Shown: in pieces, positions 23,335-35,936 of the stretch
Layout of the letters: each line of letters opens with the position of its first letter
Position numbering within the stretch: the first letter of the stretch is position 1
Source: Oculina patagonica
Lineage: Eukaryota
Direction: 5' to 3'
Assembly: GCF_052425735.1 (NCBI RefSeq)
Contig: NC_135765.1
Span: 24,862,001 to 24,926,000 of the forward strand
DNA length: 64,000 nt
The notes under the pieces: generated by a model
Database searches by the model: none
What the model was told of the DNA's origin: nothing
Seen by the model: only the letters and a program-made list of their open reading frames with translations
Program-made: the position numbers and the translations under genes

Positions 23335-24070
23335 GAGTATGTAAACAAATCTCTAAGTCAGTTGGTGTCATATTTAGGTCAAGATATTATTTATCATCTA
23401 ATACTAAGCTTGCTCTGTACTACACCTTAATTTACCCTTATATCACTTACTGTAATTCAGCCTGGTCTTCTACATATGTAACTAATTTAAATAGAATTTT
23501 TCATTTAGAAAAACGTGCTGTGCGAGCTATTACCAACTCAGACTATCGAGAACATTCTGCCCTCTTATTTGCTAAACTGGACATCTTAGATATCTTCAAG
23601 TTAATGCATTGCAAATAGCTAAATTTATGTTTTACTATCATAACCAATTATTGCCCCCGATGTTTCTCAATTTGTTTTCTACTAGTAGTCAAATACACAG
23701 TTATGATACAAGAATAGCCAAGTGTTACGACCACATCACTGTCGTACAAATCTAAAGCAGTTTACAATACTTTTCCAGGGTCCTAAAATTTGGAATAATC
23801 TACCAGAATCGATCACTGGTTCGAGTAGCTTCTCTTCTTTTAAGAAAAAAAAAAAAAAAAAAAAGATTAAATTTCTAATAAAATGAGTCTGAAATTGACC
23901 TAGCTGCACACTCACAGCGAAATTACAAACTTATTGCTAACCCGAGGTGGCCTCCCCCATAGCCTTGTGGTTTCTTGGAGGTCTCCTCGCCCTATCTTTT
24001 AAGTTATTTTAATTTGTATTTGTAATTCTGAAGTGGCAAATAAAATGATGATGATGATGATGATGATGAT
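23335..24070 (+). mobile_element. Degenerate LINE (CR1-group) 3' fragment
   Basis: CKQISKSVGVIFRSRYYL...LYYTLIYPYITYCNSAWSSTY...KRAVRAITNS, frameshifted, ...GPKIWNNLP; (TGA)n tail. Confidence 0.75.
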
Positions 24071-24084
24071 AGATATATAAATAC

Positions 24085-24750
24085 AAGACTTTAACACTGA
24101 TTCATGCTTTTATATCAAGCCGGCTTGACTATTGTAACAGTCTCCTATTTGGAGTGCCTGAAAGCCATCTTCAAAAATTACAAAGGGTTCAGAATGCAGC
24201 TGCGCGATTGATTTTCCAGGAGAGCAGATATTGCCACATCACACCTCTGCTCAAGTCATTGCACTGGTTGCCTGTTAGATATCGTATAGTTTTTAAAATT
24301 TTGTTGATTACTTTTAAAGCCGTACATGGTCTTGCTCCAGCCTACATAAGTGAACTTATTTCCGTTAGAGAAACTGCTGGAAGACATTACCTGCGTTCCA
24401 ACAATGGTTTACGCCTTAATTATAGCCAATGTAAATCACTCGCAACGCTTGGGGATCGCTCTTTTCATGTGGCCGCCCCTAAATTATGGAACGATCTTCC
24501 AAGTGAAATAAGAAACATGTCATCTATGCAAAGTTTCAAGAAAGCCATCAAGACCTTTTTATTTTTAAAAGCTTTTTAATTGTACATTTCTTTTTATAGT
24601 CATATACATTTTAATCTTTTTTTAGCTTGTGAATTTAAATTTTAAATTTTTAGTTTTTTTTTTTTAACTATATTGTAATGCGCAATTGAAAATTTTTTAA
24701 TTGATAATTGCGCAATATAAGTAAATTATTTATTATTATTATTATTAATA
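24085..24750 (+). mobile_element. L2-clade LINE 3' fragment
   Basis: LIHAFISSRLDYCNSLL..LQKLQRVQNAAARLI...HITPLLKSLHWLPV...GDRSFHVAAPKLWNDLP; (TTA)n tail. Confidence 0.85.
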
Positions 24751-26923
24751 CTAAAATGCCAATTCATGGTTTCCCTTTGAATGATACAGCACGAATTCAA
24801 TGAGTGCTGGGAAAAACGGAAAGAAAGACCTTATACAGAGCAAAAGTTTGTTATTCACCACTGAAATTATACATTGCTGACCTGAGAAACATGGCAGGAA
24901 GGCAGAACTCGCACAAGAATCAATCAGGGAAGAAGGTGCGAAAAATAAGGCGTATTTGAACAATTTAGACACTTGCGACACAGACATCATTCATTGTAGA
25001 TAGAGTAACTCCTGTTAGATTTATCCTTGTGCCACTAAATTTGGCAGGCTTGAAATGGTTAGAATTTGAGTATGTGTAGTTTTTGATGCTTCTTGCATGA
25101 ACAAGGTAATGTATTCACTACAAAGCAAAATTTTATGTTTTGATCCTAGAATCCTCACTTTTATATTTCCTGTGACATACTCCCGTAAAAAGTCCTGTTA
25201 TTGTATTTTATGTCAGGGGCGTTCCTAGGCAATTTATAGTGCTAGTAAAGGCAGGTACGCCCCTGTATGTCTTGGATCAAATTCTTGCTACAATTGTTCA
25301 ATTTCCCCTTGAGTTATAACCTATTTTTTATTAAAATGGAAGTCACAATGGCACCTTTAAATACCTCAAATTCCTTGCATTAAATGTAAAAACTCTTTAC
25401 ATTTTCAGAATCTTCATAAAGTATTCTATAAGCTGAGAACTTTCGTTGCTTTGAGTTGTTATTTGTCCTATTTTGACTTTAGTGACAAGGGACGAGAATT
25501 CACCACACTAGCCTCCAGCAAAGCTAAGTTTATGTCACTCTTCCTCAACTTTGAGCAGCCAAATTATAAAGGGTCTCGTCTACTCAGGTATTAAGACATG
25601 ACTTCGAACGCTGCAGAAGATAACAATAGCGAATTCCATCGGTATCATGTAATTTCCAGCCCTTTAGGCTTTACGACGGCTGGTGGAAACGGCAGCCTGC
25701 AAATTGCTCTAAGTTTCGTTTGTTTTCATATTGAAATCTCATTTAACGCCGGTCGAATATAACTCTACTAACTATGATATAACGCAAGATAGAATCAGCT
25801 TATAAATATTTATACTTAGCTTTTAGCAAGCTCCTGGATTCCACTTGGCCAAGATGCACCCTAGGGAAATCCGGATTGCTTGTCAAATTTTTTACTGACC
25901 ACTTTCGGCGGGAGAGAATTGGAAGGCGCTAGACGAGGCTTGAAAGACATTCACGACGGCCATGACCCTTGTTGACTGTTCTCCGGCTTGACAAGAGAAT
26001 AGTATTTTCTAGTTGAAGAAATCGTCTTGTTCTTTATAAGTCGTTCATTCACATTACATAATCTCGGGCAAACGAAGGCATATTGTCTCCACCATACAAA
26101 TGATGTTTTTGTGAGGTTCATGCTGTTTGCTGTACTGTCGGTTTTAGCCGCGGTTTGGAGACCACAGGACCTTGAAGCCGAGTCGGTAGAGTGGCCATAT
26201 TCCGGTAGAGGAAATCCGTTCTGTGTGTGCATATCAAGTTCCTCAGTTGCTGGACCGAATACCTGTTCAGTAGTGCGAGGCCTTCGACAGATCGTCCGCA
26301 TATTTATCTTCGAACGACAGAATAAAATGTGTAAAACCGGAACGTAGTTCGCGGGCAGATACCAGGATAACTCATAAAGTACTGATGGAGCGATGTTGAA
26401 GCAAAAAACAATCGAAGGATATCACAGCAATAATGATTATTGGATTATTGTGAAAACTCTTCTAGGGAGCTCAGAGAATTTGAAGTAAAACTACTCAAGT
26501 CTAGATAAAACCGCATGGCCTTGATTGACATAATAGAAAAGGGAGCGATGTGATTGGCCAGCCCGTATAGCGCATCACACTCTAGAAGTGAATTTGACCT
26601 TTGAATGTAACGCAAGAGTGATAGTCTTGCAGCATATTGCGTGACAGATCTGCATATTTGAATAGAGTGATCTTATGACTTCTCTGAACTCCTTTCATGG
26701 TTGTCACATTAACTTTAATTTATATTACATGTAAATTGGCATTTATATTACATATAAATTTGCTTATATATTCCTAGCGAATCTACACAGAGTAAAATCT
26801 TAATGTTCGTAAGCTTTGAGTGAATAATATTGAAAAAATGCTAAGGATGTGGTGACCAGATAACATCATTTTTAGGGTTTTCATACAGACTTGGTACCAC
26901 ATCTGCAGCTGTGAAGAATAGCA

Positions 26924-27858
26924 CTAAACACTGTCATCTAGGAAAACCTGTTTCAACGCGTTTCTTAATTCTACATACCTAAGTCCATACACCCAAGGGT
27001 TAAAGGAAGAATGGGTGAAGGCTACAAGTGCAACCCACAACCAAACATCATTTAGTTTGAGTTCCGTACAAAGATCGTCTTCCAATAAAAGCATAAAGTA
27101 CACAACGGTGCTTGGAAGAAACGTTGCAATAAATAAGCTAACTATTATTCCAATCGTCACAGCAGCTTTTTTGTTGTTAACACTGGTACTTGGCAGATGG
27201 CAGTCGGCAACTGACCGACTCTGTTTCTGAACAACCGAGAAAATTTTGCCATAACAGCACGTCATGACCAGCAGAGGAATGGCCACCGTGTTAACAGAAC
27301 AGGCGATCCATAGCTTTTCTAGTTTTACAAAATCATCAAGAAACAGCCTAGGGACGCCAAAACAAACGGAACCAAACCAAATAAAGAAGATGGCAACACG
27401 ACATCGTTTTTCAGTCATCACTTGATGGTAATGTAAAGGATAGACAACCGCTATAAATCTGTCCAAGCTCACAGCGCTTAAGCTGTAAGTTGTGGCTGTC
27501 ACCGTCACGATCCAAAGATAACCTTCAAGTTTGATGAGCCACAAAGTTTCAACAGCCATTGCGTAGCAGATGTACAACGGTGTCATTGTCAGCCCTATTA
27601 AGAAGTCGGCAACAGCTAGTGAAACAATATAGTAGGCATTGACTCGGGTGCTAAACGCTGATGTTCGATATAAGGCTACCAGTAAGGCCAAGTTTCCTCC
27701 AATTGCGAAAATGCCGCATATGAGAGAAAGCGTAATGAAAATTATCTGTGATGTTTGGCTTAATCCAAACTCGCAGTCTTCTAGTTCACATTCCAGGCAA
27801 TCGTCAAAACTGTCATGTTTTGCGAATTGGACGCATTTTCTTGAAATGATGCATTCTT
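26924..27858 (-). pseudogene. Class A GPCR paralog, probably pseudogenised at its 5' end
   Basis: Near-identical to 31409-32344, but the start ATG reads AAG (27858-27856) and a 1-bp deletion (ctgtcatg vs ctggtcatg, ~27812) puts the second ATG out of frame. The 7TM body is still open. Confidence 0.75.
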
Positions 27859-30800
27859 TTTTTTTTTGACCAAATGAAGCCCTCTGTAACACTCTACCAA
27901 AGAAGGAAGGGGAGCTGTTGACATTTCCAAGTTCAGCTACTTAATAAAAGCCACATCGGTGCTCAGTTGAAGCAAACTTTAAGATGATAATTCGAACTGT
28001 GCTAATTGAGAAATTCGTCATTTTGTACATTCGAAGCGTGAGTCTTGAAATTTACCCACCGTATTTGTATGCTAAACTGTTAAGCATGCTGCTAAATGCA
28101 CTTGTATTAACTGAAGTGTATACATAATTCATAATTCTAAAGCTAAAACATTTTGCATTTTACTGAGTTGTTTTTAATTAATGTGCTACCTACTCAAGTG
28201 GCTGTCTAATTAGAAAGCCATTCATTTCCGTAGTTTCATTCCTTGTGAATGAAAAAAACGTTCCATTGCTTCTAAACGTTCGAAATAAACTATAAACAGG
28301 GTCGAATTAAATGTCTCAATGATGGAAGTATATCATTCTGAACAGTTATCGAACGCTTTATATTGGCCTGATTTTTCACTTGATTTTGAATGCTGCGAGC
28401 TATACTTACACAGCAGGTGAAAGATTGCCATCAAAAATTAATTCAAGATCACAGTTTACAATTTACCATAATCGTTTAAAAATAACCATAACATAAAGTA
28501 AACGAAGAAAAAGAAAGAAGTGTCAATGTGTTTCGAAGGAAAAAAAAAGTGTCGAAGTGTTTTCTTTATTGTTTCTACGAACAAGACGATCATTTAAAAA
28601 GTCAAATATGCCATTTTTATGGTTGAGGTCAGTTATTTGCATTTTTGAGCAAAATAAGCAATTTTCTCTCCTTTATTTTGGCATAGCCACATGGCTTCTG
28701 AGTCGTATTTTATAGACTAATTACTGAATAATTAATTTAAACCGAAGTATATTGGCCAAATCCTCAGGGTGAATAACTTCGGAAAATAAGATGTGGCCTT
28801 TTTTGGTAAATTACTTTCACACAAATTTTAAAAGCTACCCTTTTCATTGGCGTTTTTCGCTCTTTTGAATAAGGTGTACCACTGAGATGGCGGGAGGTTG
28901 GTTGGAAATAGCGCATCAGTTATTTACCGTTTTTCGCCAAAATAAAGGCAGAGTCTATTGGCAAACTTTTTATGTATTTGTTTTTTTGAACGATGTTGTC
29001 AAAATAACTGTTCATTGATTGTGAGTTTATTGCATGGTTCATTTCAAGCAGCAGTTGAATTTATTTCCATAAAAAATGAAAGAATGTGATCACTATCATT
29101 TGGGTCCTCGTCATGGAAATCTGTCATTTTCTCCCCAATGCCGGCGATCTCCTCTTCTCTCACCCTTCTAATCGTTGCCCTACCTTATGACGTTGTCATA
29201 TAGTTGAACAGGGCCACTATATTAATTTTGTATTCCTCTGGCGGGCGGGCGTATTAATTTAACGCGTATTAAATTTGACCGAGACAAACTTTAGCGAGTA
29301 CTAGATTTGCGATTTTGGCCCCAACTCGCTAAAATCGCTTAAATTAGTAGCCGCTCACCATAGTAACCTTAAGGTATGTCGTTTAAGTAGCAAGAAGAAA
29401 GATTGCAAAAACGCAGATAATCTGTGCCAATGCCATCTTGGTCATGGCGACGTTTATATTGAAACAACAAAAATACTAATAATAACATTTCTGAGCATTG
29501 TCTTTACTTTGGTGGCTGGGCTGGCTCGTTTAATTATCATCAAATAAGAATCAGCTACATTTTACTTATATACAATGAGAAAAAAAAACAAAGGCTGTAT
29601 TTCTCGCAGCAAGTAATGATCGATCATGGGCAAAAAAAAAACCGCAGAAAATCGCTTCTAATCTTTTCTAATTATCAAGTGCTTTTTAGCTCAAAATGCA
29701 TCATACGGATTTGCGATAAAATCTTTCTAAAAGTCATTCATCAAGGGCTCTTTAAGATGGCATTTTTATTTCCGAAAAATACAAACAAAAGGAAATCAAC
29801 ATTTCTTAATCAACCAGAGAAAACAAATAATCAATGTGAATTTCCCACGGTAAATGCACTGCGATTGAAAACAAGTACATACATTTAGTTATTGAAAGGA
29901 TAACTCATAATTTTATGTCGAATGTTTTGTGACACGGTGAAAATTACATGCAGAAGATGTATGTTTTCAATAAAAAAAAATGTTTAAATTCTCACCTCAA
30001 ATATAGTTTTCATCATTTGACATAACAAAACGACTAATGTTAATTTACGCGGCTGCAAATAAGAAATATTTACTCGCTTCTCTGATGAGTAATACCTAAA
30101 TCATACAGTAGCTCTGGACGGGTTGCTTACACCAAAAGCAATACCTAGTGTAAATTGCACATCAATCGGGATAAGGAAAGTACTAAAATGAAATTTAAAT
30201 AAAGTAGATATGATCCCCAGATAACAATAATTCGAGACATCTGCTAATCAGGTCCTTATAGAAGGGAGTGCGACAGGTTCCTCTGCCGCAACATATATTA
30301 ACAGTTAAATTTTTTTTGGCCATATTACGGCTAACGGTTGACCCATTAAGACCCACATTTTGGTTGTCACACTATATGGCAAATTTCTCCTGCAAGCAAT
30401 CCTTTCCGACAAAAGTGCTATTCATCAAGAAGTAACAAAAATCTCGGACCCATTTCTCGAAGGTCCCGAAACGTTTTTTTATCCTTCCTTTCAATTGATC
30501 ATGAGCCCCTCGGCCCTCAAACGTGCATAACAAACACGTCCCCACTCCCCTCCCACCGAGGAAGGGGTGAAGCTTAATAAAGGGTTTACGGTTTATAACA
30601 TTTCTACGCTTTCTCTGCAGCTAGTGTTTATTTAATAGTTTTAGTTGCCTTTGAGTCTGTTGCGTTAGAGCGATCTTGTAAAATATATGTACTTTTTTGA
30701 GAAGTCACAACATTTATTAATCCCAAGATAGCAGATGTTTTATGACGGGACAATTACTAGCATACATATTGTTCGATACAATACGCCAAAGGAGCTACGT

Positions 30801-31408
30801 CACGGGGATTTCGCAGTTTTTTGGTCTAAGCTGACGTCCTGAAATAAGTGGTAGGCAACTTCACACAGGAAAAAACATTTTCTTTGAATCTTTGAACGTC
30901 TAAAGGAAGATATAACCTTAATTTGCGGATAATTTTGGCTGTTCAAATATCTGTTAAAATCCGTGACAGAGTTCGTTGAAGTTGGTCGTTAAGAAATACA
31001 ATTTTAAAATGCACTCAAAACAGATATAATGGGGGATCTGAAGGCTGGCCGCTGACGACCCCGAAATATCCATTATGTTTTTTTGTATTAAACGGTTAAG
31101 CGATTCGGCTAATGGATTCTGTTTTAAGTATTAATCCTAATAGCAGAATAATATATATAAATGTATAAATAAATAATAGCCATCGCTATCTATATGTAAA
31201 AAAAAGAGACTGCTAAAAAAATTGCCCATGCTAACTGAAATCACAATACTTAGTGTATATTTCTACCGAATGTGCATGTACTTAATGTCCGTTAGCTTCG
31301 AGTCAATAATATATTGAAAAAAAATGCTAAGGAATTGGTAACCAGATAACAACAATTTAAGGGGTTTCATATACTGAGGTACCACATCAGCAGCTGTGAA
31401 AAATAACA

Positions 31409-32344
31409 CTAAACACTGTCATCTAAAAAAGCCTGTTTCAACGCGTTTCTTAATTCTACATACCTAAGTCCATACACCCAAGGGTTAAATGAGGAATGGG
31501 TGAAGGATACAAGTGCAACCCACAACCAAACATCATTTAGTTTGAGTTCCGTACAAAGATCGTCTTCCAATAAAAGCATAAAGTACACAACTGTGCTTGG
31601 AAGAAACGTTGCAATAAATAAGCTAACTATTATTCCAATCGTCACTGCAGCTTTTTTGTTGTTAACACTGGTACTTGGTAGTTGGCAGTCGGCAACTGAC
31701 CGACTCTGTTTCTGAACAACCGAGAAAATTTTGCCATAACAGCACGTCATGACCAGCAGAGGAATTGCCACCGTGGTAACAGAACAGGCGATCCATAGCT
31801 TTTCTAGTTTTACAAAATCATCAAGAAACAGCCTGGGGACGCCAAAGATAACGGATCCAAACCAAATAAAGAAGATGGCAACACGACATCGTTTTTCAGT
31901 CATCACTTGATGATAATGCAAAGGATATACGACCGCTATAAATCTGTCCAAGCTCACAGCGCTTAAGCTGTAAGTTGTGGCTGTCACTGTAACAATCCAA
32001 AGATAACCTTCAAGCTTGATGAGCCACAAAGTTTCAACAGCCATTGCGTAGCAGATGTACAACGGTGTCATAGTCAACCCTATTAAGAAGTCGGCAACAG
32101 CTAGTGAAACAATATAGTAGGTATTGACTCGGGTGCTAAACGCTGATGTTCGATATAGGGCTACCAGTAGGGCTAAGTTCCCTCCAATTGCGAAAATGCC
32201 GCATATGAGAGAAAGCGTAATGAAAACAATCTGTGATGTTTGGCTTAATCCAAATTCGCAGTCTTGTAGTTCACAGTCCAGGCAATCGTCAAAACTGGTC
32301 ATGTTTTGCGAATTGGACGCATTTTCTGGAAATGATGCATTCAT
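31409..32344 (-). CDS. Class A orphan GPCR, intronless CDS (~311 aa from MNASFPENAS)
   Basis: N-glycosylation sequons NAS x2, GN, LAVAD, DRF, KKAA, NPWVY; paralog of 15851-16777. Confidence 0.92.
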   Translation of the reverse strand: MNASFPENASNSQNMTSFDDCLDCELQDCEFGLSQTSQIVFITLSLICGIFAIGGNLALLVALYRTSAFSTRVNTYYIVSLAVADFLIGLTMTPLYICYAMAVETLWLIKLEGYLWIVTVTATTYSLSAVSLDRFIAVVYPLHYHQVMTEKRCRVAIFFIWFGSVIFGVPRLFLDDFVKLEKLWIACSVTTVAIPLLVMTCCYGKIFSVVQKQSRSVADCQLPSTSVNNKKAAVTIGIIVSLFIATFLPSTVVYFMLLLEDDLCTELKLNDVWLWVALVSFTHSSFNPWVYGLRYVELRNALKQAFLDDSV

Positions 32345-34537
32345 TTTTTTTTTGACCAAATGAAGCCCTCTGTAACACTCGACCAAAGTAGGAAGGGGAG
32401 CTGTTAAAACTTCAAAGTTCAGCTACTTAATAAATAAAAGCGACATCGGTGCTCAGTTGAAGCAAACTGTATGGCGAATAAGATGGCAATTCAAACTGTG
32501 CTAATTGAGAAATTCGTCATTTTGTACATTCGAAGCGTGAGTCTTAAAAAATTACCCACCGTATTAGTATGCCAAACTGTTAAGCATGCTGCTAAATGCA
32601 CTTGTATTAATTGAAGTGTATACATAATTCATAATTCTAAAGCTAAATCAGTTAGCATTTCACTGAGTGGTTTTTAATTAATGTGCTACCTACTCAAGTG
32701 GCTGTCTTACTAGAAAGCTATTTATTTCCGTAGTTTCATTCCTTGTGAATGAAAAAACCGTTCCATTGCTTCTAAACGTTCGAAATAAACTATATACAGG
32801 GTCGGACTAAATGTCACAATGATTGAAGTATATCATTCTGAACTGTTATCGAAAGCTTCATATTGGCCTGATTTTTCACTTGATTTCTAATGCTGCGAAT
32901 GATACTTACACAGCAGGCGAAAGATTGCCATCAAAAATTAATTCAAGATCACAATCAACAATTTACCATAATCGTTAATTAAAAATTACCATAACAGAAA
33001 GTAAACGAAGAAAAAGAAAGAAGCTTAAGTGTCAATGTGTTTCGAAGGAAAAGAAAGTGTCGAAGTGTTTCCTTTATTTTTTCTTAGAACAAGACGATCA
33101 TTAAAAAAGTTAAATATTCATTTTTATGGTTGAGGTCAGTTATTTGCATTTTTAAGCAAAATAAGCAATTTGCTGTTCTTTATTTTGGCATAGCCACATG
33201 GCTTCTGAGTCACTTATTTATAAGCATAGCGTTTGCGTATTTTATAGAAAAAGTAGTGAAGACTAATTACTGAATAATTAATTTGAACCGAAGTATATAA
33301 TGGCCAAAGTCCTTAGGGTACGTTACTTCGGAAAATAAGATGTGGCATGCCTTTTTTGATAAATTACTTTCACACAAATTTTAAAAGCTACCCTTTTCGT
33401 CGGCTTTTTTGCTTTCTAAATAACGTGTACCATGTACTGAGAGGGCGGGAGGTTGGTTGGAAGTAGTTTTACAGGCATTAGTTATTTACCGTGTTTTGCC
33501 AAAATAAAGGCAGAGTCTATTGGCAAACAAGTTATATATTTCTTCTTTTGAGCGATGTTGTCAAAAAGAGATTAAATACATTGATTGTGAGTTTATTGCA
33601 TGGTTCATTTCAGCTGGCAGCAGCTGGAATCATTTCCATGAAAAAAAAGGTTTGCGATCACTATCATTACATTTTGTCATTTTCCCTCAAAAGTTATATG
33701 TGTAACTTATAATTAATACTGACGGCACATTTGAGAAGAACTAGAAATTAAACATAGAAATTCTTGCCACAGACTATTGGCAAGTTGGTCAACCATTTAC
33801 AGTATGCAGTTTTAAAGGCACGAAGAGGAATGCTAAAACGCAAGGTGTGCCAATTCCATCTTGGTCATTCATGGCGATATTTGTATTGAAACAAAAAAAT
33901 ACTAATAAAAATATTTCTAAAGGTTTACTATTATTATTTTTTTTTTTAATGAAAACTGCCAGGAGCTCTCCTGAAGCATAGCAAATAGGGCATTATTAAC
34001 ACAACAAACATACTTCTGTGTCGAAGGAAAATTAATAAAACGGAGCAGTTTTTGCTTCAGTAAATGTTGCTGGCTCGTTTAATTATCATCAAATAAGAAT
34101 CAGCTACATTTTACTTACATACAATGAGAAAAAACAAAGGCTGTATTTCTCGCAGCATGTAATGATCGATCGTTGCTGAAAAAATCACAGAAAATCGCTT
34201 CTAATCTTTTCTGATTATCAAGTGCTTTTCAGCTCAAAGTGCGTCATACGGATTTGCGATAAAATCTTTCTAAAGGACATTCATAAAGTGCTCTTTAAGA
34301 TGGCATTTTTATTTCCGAAAAAATACAAACAAAAGGAAACCAACATTTCTTAATCAGACAGAGAAAACAAATAATTAATGTGAATTTCTCACGGTAAATG
34401 TACTGTGATTGAAAACAAGTACAAGTACATACATTTAGTTATTGAAAGGATAACTTATAGATTATTTCGAATGTTATGTGACAGGGGAAAAACTACATGC
34501 AAAAGATGTATATTTTCAATAAAAGAAAAAAACTGTT

Positions 34538-34691
34538 TACCATATTTATTCGATTAAACGCCCAACCTCGAAGAAGCACCCACCCTGTTGGTAGGAGAAG
34601 TTAATAAGCGCCCAGCCTCGAAAAAGCGCCCACCCCCACCCCCTAAAACGATGAAGTGCACGAGAGGGCGCTTAATCGAATAAATACGGTA
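34538..34691. mobile_element. Tc1/mariner/pogo-type MITE
   Basis: TA-ccatatttattcgattaaacgccc ... gggcgcttaatcgaataaatacgg-TA; the empty site (tgtttaaatt) is seen in the paralog near 29985. Confidence 0.8.
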
Positions 34692-35282
34692 AATTCCCAC
34701 CTTAAATATAGTTTTCATTATTTGACATAAAAAAACGACTAATGTTAACATATGAGGCTGAAAATAAGAGAGATTTACTCGCTTTTCTGAGTGATACCTA
34801 AATCATACAGTAGCTCTCGGCCGGTTGCTTACACCAAAAGCAATATCTAGTGTAAACCGGCTTTACATCAATCGGGGTATGGAAAGTACTAAAATGAAAT
34901 TTTCGTGTGCAGGATGCAATGCCTGTTACATCGGCGAAACTAGCTGTCATCTTTCAACGCCCGTTCGTGAGTATCTGAGTAGGGGCAGAAACTGACATAT
35001 TTTCCAACATCTGCAGCAATCTGAGGCATGCCGTAGGCCTTCTTCTAACAACTGCTTTTCTATTATGGATACCGCACCCAATAGACTGCAGCTAATTTTA
35101 AGAGGCTGTTTGCATCCGCTGGGAAAACCCCAAGTTGAATAAGCAGCTCAATACTTACTTAATACTTAACTCTTTCGTTCTAGTATTATGTTAACGTATA
35201 TCTTATACATTAGTGTCGTGCTATTTAATTTTATTTAATTTATTTACATCATTTGGTGTAATATTTGTAATTTAATTTGTTA

Positions 35283-35741
35283 CATTCTCCACATTCACTG
35301 GCAGGACAAAGTCCCAGACACGTACAGAAGTCCTAAAGCAGGCAGACCTTCCCAGCGCCATCCCACATGCCAGACGACCGCATTCCAAAGCAGCTCTTCT
35401 ATGGGGAACTCTGCTCTGGAAAGCGCACAGTTGGAGGGCAGCGAAAGCGCTACAAGGACAGTCTGAAAGTCTCCTCAAAAGACTTCAACATCAGCACTGA
35501 GTCCTGGGAGTCTCTTGCCTCCGACAGACTCTCCTGATGCCAACTCATCACCAAAGGAGCCCACGCAGCTGAGGAACGCAGGTCCCGTCAAGCTGAGGAG
35601 AAGCGAGCAGTACTGCGCTACATGTAGGAAAGGCTTCCTTGCCCGGATTGGTCTCATCAGCCACCTCCGGACACACCGTAGCAATTTATCAAGAAACTAG
35701 ATGTCTTTGGTCATCTTCGATTACGAAGGACGAACAACAAC
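35283..35741 (+). mobile_element. 5'-truncated RTE-clade LINE with 9-bp TSD
   Basis: IHWQDKVPD..., MPDDRIPKQLFYGEL...GGQRKRYKDSLK, C-terminal CATC...GLISHLRTH; (CAA)n tail; TSD aatttgtta at 35274-35282 and 35742-35750. Confidence 0.85.
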
Positions 35742-35895
35742 AATTTGTTATTTATACTGTTTAATTTCTTTGCCCTATATTTAGACTCGCAGGCATTGTT
35801 CCATGTCTCGCGTATTTAAATGTTGTACGTTAACTTTGACGTTTGAAATGTCACGCCATTCCTTGTACAATTCAACCGCAATTGTAAACGAACTC

Positions 35896-35936
35896 ACAAC
35901 TGACTATGATCGTTGAACGATCGAAACACGTCTTGT
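35896..35936 (+). ncRNA. Degenerate minimal type-I hammerhead ribozyme motif of the Penelope element
   Basis: ACAA-CUGACUA-U-GAUCG(uugaa)CGAUC-GAAAC-AC-GUC-UUGU; stems I and II pair, but core G8 is U. Confidence 0.55.

Larger units (their letters stand above)
20623..26765 (-). mobile_element. Second split-direct-repeat element (non-autonomous DIRS/PAT/Ngaro-like), minus strand: A1-internal-B1-A2-spacer-B2
   Basis: 26442-26765 matches 21637-21960 (324 bp) and 21960-22470 matches 20623-21132 (~510 bp). B1 and A2 abut. CCCACCCACCC follows A2, as in element 1. No TSD is present. Confidence 0.8.
18150..30200. repeat. Tandem segmental duplication unit 1 (carries GPCR copy 2); interrupted by a ~7.3-kb insertion at ~19468-26765
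   Basis: 18150-19465 aligns with 30480-31255, and 26766-30195 aligns with 31255-34900. Boundaries are approximate. Confidence 0.8.
30480..34900. repeat. Tandem segmental duplication unit 2 (carries GPCR copy 3)
   Basis: Colinear with 18150-19465 plus 26766-30195. Confidence 0.8.

Noticed and set aside
27015-27869. Plus-strand ORFs overlapping the GPCRs (also 31500-32363)
   Set aside because: Antisense shadows of the real coding sequences.
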